64,000 bases of DNA from an uncultured Planctomycetota bacterium (GCA_963845755.1 CAWJTV010000029.1:96001-160000); one strand, 5' to 3'. Positions 32,606-44,226 are shown, counted from the first letter of the stretch. Numbers and translations: made by a program. Notes: generated by a model not told the origin, from the sequence alone.

Positions 32606-32965
32606 GGTCCCCTTGCGGAGGATCTGACCGCGAGACGGGCGAATGGCTCATTGCGGGCGTGCAGATCACCTGCAAATTGCCAGGAGAAGGCGGTGAAGTC
32701 GTGTTGCGAATCCGCAATAATAGCACAGGCATCCCCCCGAGATGCTAACGCAGCCGCGACCTGCTGGTGCAGGCGGGGCAACGCGTGCCGTGCTCCCAGG
32801 ATGGGGTTGGCATCGTGCCGCCCCTCGATCTGGTACGTTGTCGAAAGACATGGCGGGACCGTTGTGGCCGACCGTTCGCGACCCGGTGCAGGCGAGGAAT
32901 GCGTCGTCTGCCGCGCGTACGGATAGCCCGGGGAACGGCACCCGCCAGCGAAGGAGCCCGACCGC

Positions 32966-33406
32966 TTGAGCCATTCCGCACTTCGACATCGTGTGCTGGT
33001 CGTGGACGACAACGTCGACGCGGCTGTGAGCCTCGGCATGTTATTGAAGTTGGCGGGCCAGGAGGTTCGCGTCGCCTACGACGGGCCGGCTGCCCTCCGA
33101 CAGGCGGTCGAGTTCCGTCCGGGTCTGGTCCTGCTCGATATCGGCATGCCGGGTATGGACGGCTACGAAGTCTGCCGCCGGCTCCGACGCGAGGTCAGCC
33201 TGGGGCCGATGACCCTCGTCGCCCTGACCGGCTGGGGCCAGGATGAGGATCGCCGCCGCTCGCACGATGCCGGCTTCGATCACCACATCGTCAAGCCGGT
33301 GGAACCCAGTGCGCTGCAACGGCTGCTCGCCGAGCTGCCGGTCGACCCCCGCCCCGGCCATGATCCGGCCGGCGATGCGGGAAATACCCCGAACGAATCG
33401 CCCTGA
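32966..33406 (+). CDS. Stand-alone response regulator receiver domain
   Basis: VLVVDDN, LLDIGMPGMDGYEV, ALTGWG, AGFDHHIVKPV; TTG start after AAGGAG. Confidence 0.88.
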   Translation: MSHSALRHRVLVVDDNVDAAVSLGMLLKLAGQEVRVAYDGPAALRQAVEFRPGLVLLDIGMPGMDGYEVCRRLRREVSLGPMTLVALTGWGQDEDRRRSHDAGFDHHIVKPVEPSALQRLLAELPVDPRPGHDPAGDAGNTPNESP

Positions 33407-33480
33407 CACACCGGGCATCGATCCACAAGACAGTCCGCGGAGGCCATCTCCCGGACTGGCTGACAACGGGAGGAGCCTCG

Positions 33481-36400
33481 ATGGGGCGTGTTGTCCATTT
33501 CGTGAGCATCGTCCTGACCCTCGCGATGGGAATCCGATGGGTCACGACCGGTTCGAACGCCTTCGCCCAGGAGAGACCGGCGCCGGCCGCCCTGATCCCG
33601 CACGGCCAGGATCGAGCCCCAAACGCCCCCCGCTCTCCGGCCGAAGCGATCCGGGCCATGACGGTGCCACCCGGCTTCCGCGTCGAGCTGGTGGCCGCCG
33701 AGCCCGATATCGTCAACCCGGTCGCCATGACGTTCGACGAGCGCGGCCGGATCTGGATCACCGAGAGCCTGGAATACCCGCGACGTCGAGCGGGCCCAGG
33801 CCGCGACCGGGTCAAGGTCATCGAGGACACCGACGGCGACGGCAAGGCCGACAGGTTCCGGGTCTTTGCCGACGGGTTGAACATCCCCTCGGGGATCGCC
33901 GTTGGTCACGGCGGTGTCTGGGTCGCCAACTCGCCGGATCTTCTCTTCCTCCAGGATCGCGACGGCGACGGCAAGGCCGACTCCCGGGAAGTCGTCGCGA
34001 CCGGCTTCGGCCGCTCCGACACCCACGAGTTGCCCAACTCGCTGACCTGGGGCCCCGACGGCTGGCTCTACGGCTGGAACGGCGTATTCAACCCCAGCAA
34101 GGTTGCCTCCAAGAATGGCAAGACCTACGAGTTCACCTGCGCGATCTTCCGCATCCATCCCAGGACCCGGGTCTTCGAGGTCTGGTGTGAGGGGACCAGC
34201 AATCCCTGGGGCATCGCGATCGACCCCGAGGGCTCGTTCTTCTCCAGCGCCTGCGTGATCGATCACCTCTGGCACCTGGTCGAGTCCGGCTATTACATTC
34301 GCCAGGGTGGGCCGTATCCGCCGTATACCTGGCCGATCGAGTCGATCGTCGATCACGCTCATCAAAAGGCCGCGTACTGCGGCATCCACTACTTCGACAG
34401 CCCGGCGTATCCCGCGGAGTATCGCGGCCGGCTCTACATGGGCAACATCCACGGCAACTGCATCAATGTGGACGTCCTGAATCGCAGAGGCTCGACCTAC
34501 AACGCCGAGCCCGCGCCCGACTTCCTCCAGGCCAACGACTCGTGGTTCATGCCGGTCTCGCAGAAGACCGGGCCCGATGGCAGTCTCTATATCCTCGACT
34601 GGTACGATCAGTATCACTGCTACCAGGACGCCAACCGCGACCCCGCAGGCATCGACCGGCTCAAGGGACGGCTCTACCGCGTCCGCTACATGGAGACGCC
34701 CCGGCGCTTCGGTTTTGATCTGGCGAAGTCGACCGATGACGAGCTGATCGAATTCCTGCGCGATCCCAATGTCTACGTGCGCGATATCGCCCAGCGGCTC
34801 TTGACCGAACGCGCCTCGCCCGCACTCCGGAAGAAGCTCGAGGCGCTCGTGCTCGACGACGAAGCCGCGCGTTCGGCCCGGATGCACGGCCTGTGGGCCT
34901 TGATCGGATCGGGGGCGCTGGATCTTGACTTCCATCTCAAGCTCTTATCTCATCACGAGGCGACGTTTCAGGCCTGGGGCGTCCGGGCGGCGGGGAACCA
35001 GGGGCGTGTTGCAACGGCGATCCGCGATCGGGTTTGCAAGCTGGCCCGTGATTCCTACCTCGAGGTCAAGCTCCAGGTGGCCATCGCGGCGCGGAAGTTT
35101 CCGGATGTGGACCCGGTGCCCGTGCTAGTCGATGTCTTGCTGAACTCCGTCGATCCGCTCATCCCCCACATCGTCTGGCAGAACCTCCACCCGCTCCTGG
35201 AGAGCCGTCAGGCTGATGTCGTCCGGCAATTCCAACGCGCACAATCGCGGAACTTCGGGCTCAGTGCCATCTCTCCCAGGGCCCTCGAGCGCATCCTGGA
35301 CAGTCCCAAGGCGGACCCGGAAGCCGTTCGGATCCTGATGGCCTCAACGCATCGCGAGGGCGACCTGCGCCAGGCGCTCGACGTCCTGGCCGCTCATTTC
35401 CGCGAACGCGCCCTGCCGCCGGAGATCGAGAAGAGTTTGCACGCGGTGCTGATCCGCCTCTTGAACGAGGCGGCTTCGACTCCCGGCGAGGACTCACGCT
35501 GCCCTCGAATACCGAATCCTTCTGGCCTACTGCGGCGATCAGGCGAGTGTGAAACAGTGCTGGGAGATCGCCCGCACGATCCGGCAGGGAGATGACCCTG
35601 CCTCGTTGGCTCGCCGGGAAGAACTGAGGATGCGTGCGGTCGACGCGATCCTCTACCGAAGGATCCAGGGAACGATTCGTTCACTGGTCGCGAGCATCCT
35701 CGCCGAGAACGACTCGGAAAGCTCGGTCGCGTTCCGCGGCAAGATCCTCGACGCGCTCGACGACCTCGACGACGACGAGGTGGCGCCGACCGTGCTCAAA
35801 TCCTATGACAACCTCACGGCTTCCCTGAAGCCCCGCGCCATCGACCTTCTGACCCGTCGTGCCGAGTGGGCGAAGGTCTTGCTGGCCGCCGTCGCCGAGA
35901 AGCGAGTCCCCGCCACGGCGCTGAACGTCACCCAGCTTCGCAAGCTCCAGCAGAGCAAGGACCCCGAGGTTGCCCGCCGGGTCAAGGCGATCTGGGGGAC
36001 GATCCGGGAAGGCCGCAATCCTCGGCGCGAGCTGGTGGTCGACCAGATCCGCCGGTCGCTCCGCCGGATGACCGGCGATCCGGCCGCCGGTCAGGCCGTC
36101 TTCAACAAGCTCTGCGTCCAGTGCCACAAGATCTACGGATCAGGCCAGGACGTCGGCCCCGACATCACCTCCAACGGCCGCAACGAATTCAACCAGCTCC
36201 TGTCCAACGTCTTCGACCCGAGCCTGGTCATCGGCCCCGGCTACCAGGCGACGACGATCGCCACCCACGACGGCCGCGTGCTCAGCGGCCTGCTGGCCGA
36301 ATCCGGCAAGGACCGCATCGTCCTGAAGCTTCAGGGCGGCAAGCTCGAGACGATCCCGCGCGACCAGGTCGACCAGATGAAGACCGCCGATGTCTCGCTC

Positions 36401-36541
36401 ATGCCCGAGGAGGTCGAGAAGCAGCTCTCACCGCAGGAGATCGCCGACCTGTTCGCGTTCCTCTGCCTGGATAAGCCGCCTTCGGATCCCTCCGCCCGGC
36501 CCCTGCCCGGCGCCGGCCCCATCCTGCGGCGAGCCCGATGA
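33481..36541 (+). CDS. PVC-type heme-binding CxxCH protein (membrane-bound dehydrogenase-like propeller + HEAT-like repeats + cytochrome c); frameshift near 35500
   Basis: VPPGFRVELVAAEP, EDTDGDGKAD, WGPDGWLY, NPWG, GPDGSLYILDWY; C-terminal CVQCH...GPDIT...SLMPE. Confidence 0.9.
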
Positions 36542-37258
36542 GCCCACAAGACTCCCCACCCTTCCGCCGGCCCAGCCCGCATGGAGGAAACCGACGAGAC
36601 CGATCACCTCGCCGATCAGAAACAACGGCCACGGGAAGGGGTTCGGCATGCCGCCTGATGCGATGTTCCGCCAGTCCCAGCAGAAAGAGCCGACCAAGAT
36701 CAGTCCGCCCAGGACGATCACCGTCCAGTCCCACCGCGAAACGCGGAACGGCCGGCCCGATGCCTCCCGGACGATCACGGCCGAACCGGCCACGACCATC
36801 GACGCGGCCACGATCGCCGGCGCCAGCACGGGCGCGGCCCACGGGACCGGGATCAGGAACAAGATATCCCACGTCCAGACCGACGCCGGCCAGCCGAGCA
36901 GCAGCTTGAGGGACAGGTAATAGCTCAGGTCCCAGATACCGAAAGCGGCGAGAAAGGCCGAGAACCGTTGCAGAGACGTCCGGCCGGCCGCCAGGCCGAT
37001 CCCCGCGAGCATGACCAGGGTCGCAGCCTCGCGAATCACCTCGATCTTCATCAATCGCGCGGCGACCGGATCGGCCTGATCCAATCGCTCGATGGGGATC
37101 ATGGGGAAAATCTCGCCCGCCGAAAGCGGACCGGTCCAGCCGGCAGCCGGACTCAGGATCGCGCGGAGGTCAACCACCACAACCGCCTCGACGAACCCGA
37201 AGCCGATGCCGAATAGCACAAGCCCGGCCAGTAACCAGCCCGGTCGAAACGGCGTCAT
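36428..37258 (-). CDS. Hypothetical membrane protein (3' end uncertain)
   Basis: FGFVEAVVVVDLR, EVIREAATLVML, FGIWDLSYY, WDILFLIPVPW conserved-looking motifs; several TM segments; downstream of ispH. Confidence 0.7.
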   Translation of the reverse strand: MTPFRPGWLLAGLVLFGIGFGFVEAVVVVDLRAILSPAAGWTGPLSAGEIFPMIPIERLDQADPVAARLMKIEVIREAATLVMLAGIGLAAGRTSLQRFSAFLAAFGIWDLSYYLSLKLLLGWPASVWTWDILFLIPVPWAAPVLAPAIVAASMVVAGSAVIVREASGRPFRVSRWDWTVIVLGGLILVGSFCWDWRNIASGGMPNPFPWPLFLIGEVIGLVGFLHAGWAGGRVGSLVGSSGSPQDGAGAGQGPGGGIRRRLIQAEEREQVGDLLR

Positions 37259-37290
37259 AGCGAGATCCTCATGCCATCGTTGATGCTCAT

Positions 37291-38230
37291 TCACGAGCTT
37301 ATGGAATTTGGAGATCCGGGATTTCGGATCTCGAATCCGGAATCGGGAATCTCGAATCCGGAATCGGGAATCTCGAATCCGGAATCCACGCCGATCCGGA
37401 CGAGGGCCCGATGGACCTCATCGATGGTCTCGGGCAAGGTCGAGGTCCCCGCGGTCAGGCCGACGGTGGCGAACCCTTTGAACCACGCGGCGTCCAGGTC
37501 GGCCGCCGACTGGACATGCAGCGCCGGCTTGCCCCGCTCGCGACAGCGGGCGGCCAGCTCGCGCGTATTGTTGGAATGTTGCCCGCCGACGACCACCACC
37601 GCCTCGACCCGATCGATCAGTCGATCGAGGGCGCGCTGATGCTCCTTGGTCGGCAGGCAGACGGTGTTGAACGAACTGGATCTCGGCACCCGGATTGCGC
37701 TCCGCGATTGCGGCGCGGATCCCCGCGACGCGGCGTTCCGTGGCGGTTGTCTGGCAAACGACCCCCAACCGGCGGTGCGGGTACCCGGCCACCTCGTCCA
37801 CCGACTCGATCACATCGTAGTGGTCCAGGTCGCCGACGATTCCCTCGACCTCGACATGTCCCCTCCGGCCGATGACCAGGACATGATAGCCTTCGGCCTG
37901 GAGGTTCTGGGCCGCCTGGTGGACCCGCGCGACCAGGGGACACGTCGTGTCCACCAGACGCTTGCCGGCGGAGGCCAGCCGCTCCCGCTCCCGGTCGCTG
38001 ATCCCATGAGCCGTGACCAGTACGGCCGGCGTCGCCGGCAGCGAGTCCGCCCGCTGCGCCTCGCTCCTCATCGCGAACCCACGGGCCTGGAGCTGCGACT
38101 CGACGATCTCGTTGTGGACGAGCTGCCCGTGGATCGTCACCGTGGCCGGTTCTTCAATCGCGTCGATCACCTCCAGAGCGTCGCGGACCCCGAAACAAAG
38201 TCCCAACACCTCCGCTCGAATCACCCGCAT
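37291..38230 (-). CDS. ispH: 4-hydroxy-3-methylbut-2-enyl diphosphate reductase; frameshift near 37675
   Basis: GLCFGV, LVHN, TAHG, DTTCPLV, HVEV, QTT, NTVCLPT, VGGQHSNNT, GLTAGTST; the three Fe-S cysteines are present. Confidence 0.92.
37310..37387. repeat. GAATC-type tandem repeat (21-bp unit made of heptamers)
   Basis: ATCTCGAATCCGGAATCGGGA repeated about 2.8 times. Confidence 0.85.
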
Positions 38231-38299
38231 GAAGCCTCCTTCCGCCCTCGGGAGTAACGATCCTGGCGATCGAGAAAGCGAACCTTGGAATCAACAACG

Positions 38300-38316
38300 A
38301 CTTGGTACGACAAAGT
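38300..38316. promoter_or_regulatory. Putative operator upstream of ispH
   Basis: ACTTGGTACGACAAAGT imperfect palindrome, similar to 39492-39508; TTGACG on the minus strand just upstream. Confidence 0.5.
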
Positions 38317-38409
38317 TCACACGTCAAGAATCGGTGCCCGTCTCGTGGTCGGGACGTCCACATGATCGGGATTCACCCACAGGACGGGAGTCCGAGTCGG
38401 GCCACACGA

Positions 38410-38814
38410 TCAAGCGGGCGACCATCCCTCGGCGAGATTGGGATTGCCCGCCGGGGCGGGCTCCGTCCGCGCGGCGTTCAGGGCGTCCTCGACGACGGTC
38501 TCCAGGACGTTGATGTACTCCAGGAACCGTCAACGTCCCCGGTCGGTCATCCGGCAGAGGGTCTGCGGACGGTTGTGGTGGAAGCCCTTCCAGATCTCCA
38601 CGAATCCGGCCTCATGCAGGACCTGAAGATGACGGCTGAGGTTTCCGTCGGTGAGGTGGCAGAGCTCCTTCAACTCGGCGAAGATGACACCCCGGGGATG
38701 GTTGACCAGGGAGGTCATGATCCCGAGCCGGGCTTTCTCGTGGAAGACGCGCTCCAGACCCTCGTAGGCGAATCGACCGGTCGGCTCGACCGCCTTGGCT
38801 TTATTCGGCGGCAT
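38410..38814 (-). CDS. Winged-HTH transcriptional regulator (MarR-like HTH_34); frameshift near 38530
   Basis: GLERVFHEKARLGIMTSL, FAELKELCHLTDGNLSRHLQVLHEAG, RPQTLCRMTDRGR then RFLEYINVLE. Confidence 0.85.
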
Positions 38815-39425
38815 GATCGCACTCCAACGTACGATAAAGGATGACAGCGGCCAGGAGCTGGCCCACGCCGAATGGCAACCCCATGGCCCATGGGGAGAGC
38901 GCCGCATCACCGTGTGCCAGCGTCAGGACAGCCAGCCCGGAACCGAGATAGAAGACCGCCACCCAGAAAGTTGCGCGGGGCAACAGCCGGCAGGAGGCGA
39001 AGATCCCCAGGCTATACACGACCTGCCAGAGCCCCGGCAGCATCCAGAGGCTCGCCGTTGAGGTCCGGACCACCACCAGCGTCAGCAGGCGCGCCGGCGA
39101 CCAGGCACGGACAGAATTGTTCCAGCGCCAGCCAGGTCAACTCGCGCGTCAGCGGCGTGCCGGCATTTCGCGCCCGGACCACCATCTCCAGCCCCGCCGC
39201 CAATCCGCTGATCACCGCCGCGCCGATCCACAACACCAGGTACGGGCCGATCTGCAAGATCGGGTCGGCGATCGTCAACGCCTGGAGCACCGCCGCGACC
39301 ACCGCCACGACCCCCGAGAATGCCACGGGCATCGCGCGGTAGCCGCGAAAGACCTCCGTCCGTGCCAGTTGCAGCCGGATCTCCGTGATCTGTGTCAGGG
39401 CCTCACGCAGTTCCATCAATGTCAC
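38801..39425 (-). CDS. Hypothetical membrane protein overlapping the regulator; frameshift near 39085
   Basis: MELREALTQITEIRLQLARTEVFRGYR, LPGLWQVVYSLGIFAS, MGLPFGVGQL; about 6 TM segments. Confidence 0.75.
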
Positions 39426-39491
39426 CCTTCCATCTCAGGTCCCAGGTTCCCGCGACCCTCGATCCGACAGCGACCCGACACTCCCCTCTTC

Positions 39492-39527
39492 GCTTTACAT
39501 CGTAAAGTTCCCGTGGTGGGGCGTCAA
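39492..39527 (-). promoter_or_regulatory. sigma70-type promoter with an overlapping palindromic operator
   Basis: Minus strand TTGACG-N17-TACGAT; palindrome CTTTAC-ATC-GTAAAG (39493-39507) covers the -10 box. Confidence 0.65.
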
Positions 39528-40352
39528 GAGCGATGAGATCCGCGGCCGGGGATTCCGCGGGTCTGGGCCGCTTGGCGAAGGCGTTGCCATTGTGCGTTGC
39601 CGACCTCGATGATCCGGGAATCCGGCCACTTTTCCAGGTAAGCGTAACGGGGATGCCGTGAGTCCTTGTATGGGTCGTTTCGCGCGGCGTTGTAGCAGCC
39701 GATGAGAGCCCAGCGCGGCTCGTCGCTACGGTTGCGGTCGGAGCGATGCAGGAGGTTACAGTGGAAGAAGATGGCATCACCGGGCTCGAGCGGACACTCG
39801 ACTCGCTCCAGGCGCCGGAGTGCCGCCTCCACGCGCTCGGGGTCGGCACCGGTCTGATCGCCGACAGGTCCATGATTGAGCCGTCCGAGGCGGTGCGAGC
39901 CCGCGAGAACCTGAAGGCATCCATTATCGTGAGTCGCCCGATCGACGGCAATCATGCAACTGGCCAAATCGGGGAACAGGCAGCCGGTCTCATACCAGTA
40001 GCCGTAATCCTGGTGCCACTCCCAGGCGCCGCCGATCTGGGGTTCCTTGAGGATCATCTTGTGATGGTAATGGTAGACTTCTCCGTCGAGCAGCCGTTCC
40101 ATCGTGTCGACGATCTGCCGGGAGCGGACGAACGCGCGTATAGATGTCGTCGTCCAGCGCATTGCGGACGGAGAGCCGGACGATACCCCCTTCGCCATCG
40201 CGACGGCCGGCGGACTGCTGCACCATCTCATGATCGGCACGAGCAATCCGGCCGAGCAGGTCGATTTCCTCGCGGCCGAACAAACGGTCAACGATCAGGA
40301 AGCCGTCCCGCAGGAACCGGGCGAGCTGCGGATCGCTCAGAGTGAACGCCAT
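39524..40352 (-). CDS. Phytanoyl-CoA dioxygenase (PhyH) family Fe(II)/2OG dioxygenase; frameshift near 40140
   Basis: FLRDGFLI, WHQDYGYW (HxD), NGCLQVLAGSH, PGDAIFFHCNLLHRS..NRS. Confidence 0.88.
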
Positions 40353-40751
40353 GGTGATACTCCGCGGGAGATCGAGCCTGGGAAACGGGTCCTCTGAGGG
40401 TGCCAGGAGCGGCCTGGCAGATCGCGAGCCCGCCCCTCGATCCCTGGTTTTGCACGTCCGCTCGAAACAGCGATGTCCTTGGTATAGCACGAGTTCGGAC
40501 ACTCCTCCAGGGTGTATCGCTGGAGCTCCGGCGATCCCCGAGAGCCGCGAGCCGTTCGGGGGACCAGACCTCTCGGAATCTACCAACGGGAGAATTCGGG
40601 AGTGTTAACGCGACGCAATTCGGTTAGAATCACGACCTTTGCGGGAAAGCATCGGCGCCGGCACGATCTGAGGGATACCGGGTCCGCGGATCCCGCGGCC
40701 TTCCCAGGATGCCGGCGCGAGCGACCGCAGTGAGGCCGGATTTCGACCGTC

Positions 40752-42125
40752 ATGGGATACATCGAGATCCTGATCATCGCCGGTCTGATCCTGATCAACG
40801 GGTTGTTCGTCACGGCCGAGTTCGCCCTGGTGAAAGTCCGTGCGACTCAGATCGACGAGCTCGCCGAAAAGGGGAACTGGGCGGCCAAGCTCACCAGCAA
40901 GGCCCTCGATCGCCTCGACTTCTACCTGTCGGCTTCCCAGATCGGCATCACAATGGCCAGCCTGGCGTTGGGGATGGCGATCGAGCACTGGGTTGCGCCG
41001 CTGGTGAAAGCGGGTTTCGAAGCCATCCGAATTCCCTCGCACCCGATCACGGTATTCGGATTCTCGATCGCCATCGTCCCGGTGGTTTCCCTGGGCCTGA
41101 TCACCTTCTTGCACATGGCACTCGGTGAACAGGCACCCAAGAACCTGGCCATCCGCGCCCCTCGGGCCCTCGCGCTGCTGACGGCACCTCCTCTGGTGAT
41201 CCTCTCCTACATCTTCTCGCCGCTCATCTGGTTGTTGAACAAGGCGAGTAACCTGACGCTCTGGGTTGTGGGGCTGGGTCAGACGAGTGCCTCGGAACTG
41301 GCGCACTCCGAGGAAGAACTCCGCCTGATCGTCGCCGAAAGCGTGGCGGGCGGCCACCTCTCGCGCAACGAGCGGATCATGATCGAGAACGTCCTCAACC
41401 TGGAGGAGAAGACCGCGCGGCGGGTGATGGTTCCCCGACCCGACATCGTCTATCTGAGCCTGGCCCGGCCTATCGAGGAGAACTTCCGCGTGGCCCGTCA
41501 GGCCGGGCACACCCGCTTCCCACTCTGCGAGGACGACCTGACCACGGTCATCGGCATGATCCACGTCAAGGATGTCTTCCGCGCCGGGTCGTACCAGAAC
41601 GGTCGCGTCGAGCTTCGCCAACTGGCCCGCAAGGTCCCATTCCTGCCCGTGATGCTCCGGCTCGACCAGCTCCTGCTGGAATTCCAGAGAAACCGCGTGC
41701 ACCTGGCCATGCTGCTGGATGAGTACGGGAGCGTCGTCGGCATGGCGACGCTCGAGAACGTGCTGGAAGAACTGGTCGGTCCGATCCAGGACGAATTCGA
41801 TCGGGAGACGCCGCCGATCACACCCCTGGGCGAGAATGCGTTCGAGGTCGAGGCCTCCTGCCCGCTCGACGTGCTGGCCGAGACCTGCCAGATGGAGATC
41901 CCCGAGACCGATGCGGAGACCGCGGGCGGGCTGGTCCTCGACCTGCTGGGCCGGCTGGCCCGGCCGGGAGACTCGGTCTCGATCAACGGCCATCGCCTCA
42001 CCGTCCTCCGCGCCGATCCCACTCGGATCCGACGGATCCGCGTCGAGCCCGCGGTCCCCGAAGTTCCCGCAGCCCCGTCCGAAGGCTCCTCGGAACAGGC
42101 CGGCCGGAACGATCACAACGCGTGA
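40752..42125 (+). CDS. Hemolysin family protein (CNNM/DUF21 + 2 CBS + CorC/HlyC)
   Basis: NGLFVTAEFALV, QIGIT, GEQAPK, VMVPRPDI, HTRFP, LDEYGSVVGMATLENVLEELVGPIQDEFD. Confidence 0.92.
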   Translation: MGYIEILIIAGLILINGLFVTAEFALVKVRATQIDELAEKGNWAAKLTSKALDRLDFYLSASQIGITMASLALGMAIEHWVAPLVKAGFEAIRIPSHPITVFGFSIAIVPVVSLGLITFLHMALGEQAPKNLAIRAPRALALLTAPPLVILSYIFSPLIWLLNKASNLTLWVVGLGQTSASELAHSEEELRLIVAESVAGGHLSRNERIMIENVLNLEEKTARRVMVPRPDIVYLSLARPIEENFRVARQAGHTRFPLCEDDLTTVIGMIHVKDVFRAGSYQNGRVELRQLARKVPFLPVMLRLDQLLLEFQRNRVHLAMLLDEYGSVVGMATLENVLEELVGPIQDEFDRETPPITPLGENAFEVEASCPLDVLAETCQMEIPETDAETAGGLVLDLLGRLARPGDSVSINGHRLTVLRADPTRIRRIRVEPAVPEVPAAPSEGSSEQAGRNDHNA

Positions 42126-42159
42126 ACTCCACGCTCGGCTCGGCTCGGGCGATGGCGCC

Positions 42160-43049
42160 TCAGTCGTCGAGGAATCTCCGGGTGATCGGCGCATAGGCGT
42201 CGATGCGACGATCGCGGAGGAACGGCCAGTTTCGTCGGGTCTGCTCCAGGAGTTGGGGTTGGCAGGTGGCGATGAGGACCTCCTCGGCGTCCGGACCGCG
42301 CGCACGACGACGCGACCGAAGGGGTCCGCCAGGAAGGAGCCGCCCCAGAATTCCAGACCGCCGCCGGACGGGCCTTCGTGCCCGACCCGGTTGACGGCCG
42401 CGACGTAGACCCCGTTGGCGATCGCGTGGGACCGCTGGATCGTCTCCCAGGCCGAGGCCTGCGCCTCACCGAACTCGGCCTTCTCGGAGGGATGCCAGCC
42501 GATCGCCGTGGGGTAGAAGAGGATCTCGGCGCCGCGCAGGGCCGTCAAGCGGGCCGCCTCGGGGTACCACTGGTCCCAGCAGACGAGGGTCCCCACGCGG
42601 GCGTATGCGGTCTCGAACGCCAGGAATCCCAGGTCGCCGGGCGTGAAGTAATACTTCTCGTAATAGAGCGGGTCGTCGGGGATGTGCATCTTGCGGTAGC
42701 GTCCCCGGAGCGTGCCATCGGCATCGAGGACGACCGCGGTGTTGTGATAGACGCCGGCCGCGCGGCGCTCGAACACCGAGCCGACCACGACCATGCTCGT
42801 CTCGTGCGCCAGCCGGGCCAGCGCCTCGGTGGTCGGACCGGGGACCGGCTCGGCGAGATCGAATCGCGCGGCGTCCTCGACCTGGCAGAAATACTCCGAG
42901 CGGAACAGTTCCGGCAGACAGGCGACTTGCGCACCGCGATCGGCCGCGGAGCGGAGCAATGCAGACGCCCGGCGCAGGTTATCCTCCGGGTCGTCCGAGC
43001 ATCGCATCTGGATCAGGCCGACGGTGAACGGGCGGGACTCACGGCTCAT
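42160..43049 (-). CDS. aguB: Carbon-nitrogen hydrolase, N-carbamoylputrescine amidase-like; frameshift near 42295
   Basis: LPELF, YRKMHIPDDP.YYEKYYF, CWDQWYPE (E-K-C triad), YPTAIGW; shifted end RRNWPFLRDRRIDAY. Confidence 0.75.
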
Positions 43050-43066
43050 GGCAACCTTCGGGCAGT

Positions 43067-43499
43067 TCAACCATGGAGATACTTTCGCATCTCCGCGACC
43101 AGCGACTTGAAAACCGTGTCACTCGGCTCGACTCTCTTGATCACGGGCTCGGAGACATCATCCGAGAACAGAGCCAGGACTCTTCCGTCGTTGCAAGACT
43201 CGACATGGACCTTCCTTCGACCCAGTCGATGCGTGGTCGCGACACCTCCGACTGCGGACGGCGCTAATCGCGTCGGCTCGAAGTTCTCTTGCAGGAGGAC
43301 GTCGAGAAAGCCCCTGGCCGCCAGGATGGCTCGCTCGGTCGGGGCCGCCGCGGCATATCCGTTCCACCCCTCCCGCAGTTGCGAGAACTTGGAGAGTGTC
43401 GCATCCCAAGCCGCAGCTTTTATTGGACTCTGTCGTGCAGCTCCGTCCCACCCGCGTCCGGAGTGATCGCGAGCGTTTGTCCGTCGTGTGGGCCATCAA
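43067..43499 (-). CDS. Hypothetical protein with a GWNGY..AP motif (not in the ORF track in this frame); frameshift near the 5' end
   Basis: Manual translation: AAWDATLSKFSQLREGWNGYAAAAPTERAILAARGFLDVL...LAPSAVGGV...HVESCNDG...EMRKYLHG*; the start MMAHTTDK is in another frame. Confidence 0.55.
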
Positions 43500-43764
43500 T
43501 GATTTTCAGGGCGATTTCTCCTCATCGTGAGTCCCTCCCGATTTTACATCAATCGGCGTCACATCGACCAGAGCGCGCGGCGTCGAGTCTCGGAGGCGGG
43601 TGATCGCGGCAACGTTGCTCGACTGCGGCGGGATGCCGCGATCGCGGTGCCGGCGGTCGCGGCTCCGCGCTGTTGATTTGGCCGCGACCAGCCGTTAGTG
43701 TTGGCTCCATGGTCGGTTGGAGATCGTGACCGAATCCACGACACCCGAGGAGAGGACGCTTGTC

Positions 43765-44226
43765 ATGGGAGCCGAGGCCCGCCTGATCGAGTTGAAGCTG
43801 GAATTGCCCCCCGCGCCCAAGCCGGTAGCTACTTATGTGACGGCCATCCGTCATGGCGATTTGCTCTACGTCTCGGGCCATGGTCCCTATCGATCCGATG
43901 GGACGTTGATCGTCGGCCGACTGGGCGACACCATGGACGTGCCGGGAGGTCAGGCGGCGGCACGGCAGACGGGCCTGGCGATCCTGGCCACCCTGAAGCT
44001 CCACCTCGGTTCGCTCGACAAGGTCGTTCGCCTGATCAAGACGCTGGGCATGGTCAACTCGACGCCCGAGTTCCCCGATCAGCCCAAGGTGATCAACGGC
44101 TTCTCGGACCTGATGAAAGACGTCTTCGGTAACGCGGGCGTCGGGGCCAGGAGCGCCGTCGGCATGGGCGCGCTACCGGCCGGAATTGCCGTGGAGATCG
44201 AGGCCATCTTCGAAGTGAAGGATTGA
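43765..44226 (+). CDS. RidA/YjgF family protein
   Basis: LPPAPKPVATYV, LYVSGHGP, VINGFSDL, ARSAVG..LP....VEIE. Confidence 0.9.
   Translation: MGAEARLIELKLELPPAPKPVATYVTAIRHGDLLYVSGHGPYRSDGTLIVGRLGDTMDVPGGQAAARQTGLAILATLKLHLGSLDKVVRLIKTLGMVNSTPEFPDQPKVINGFSDLMKDVFGNAGVGARSAVGMGALPAGIAVEIEAIFEVKD

Noticed and set aside
32690..32870. sigma54 promoter upstream of the lone receiver gene
   Set aside because: A palindrome TTGCGAATCCGCAA is present, but no GG-N10-GC box with correct spacing and consensus was found.
40605..43070. 821-aa nitrilase fusion protein
   Set aside because: Artefact of a frameshift near 42295; the extension is antisense to the hemolysin gene.
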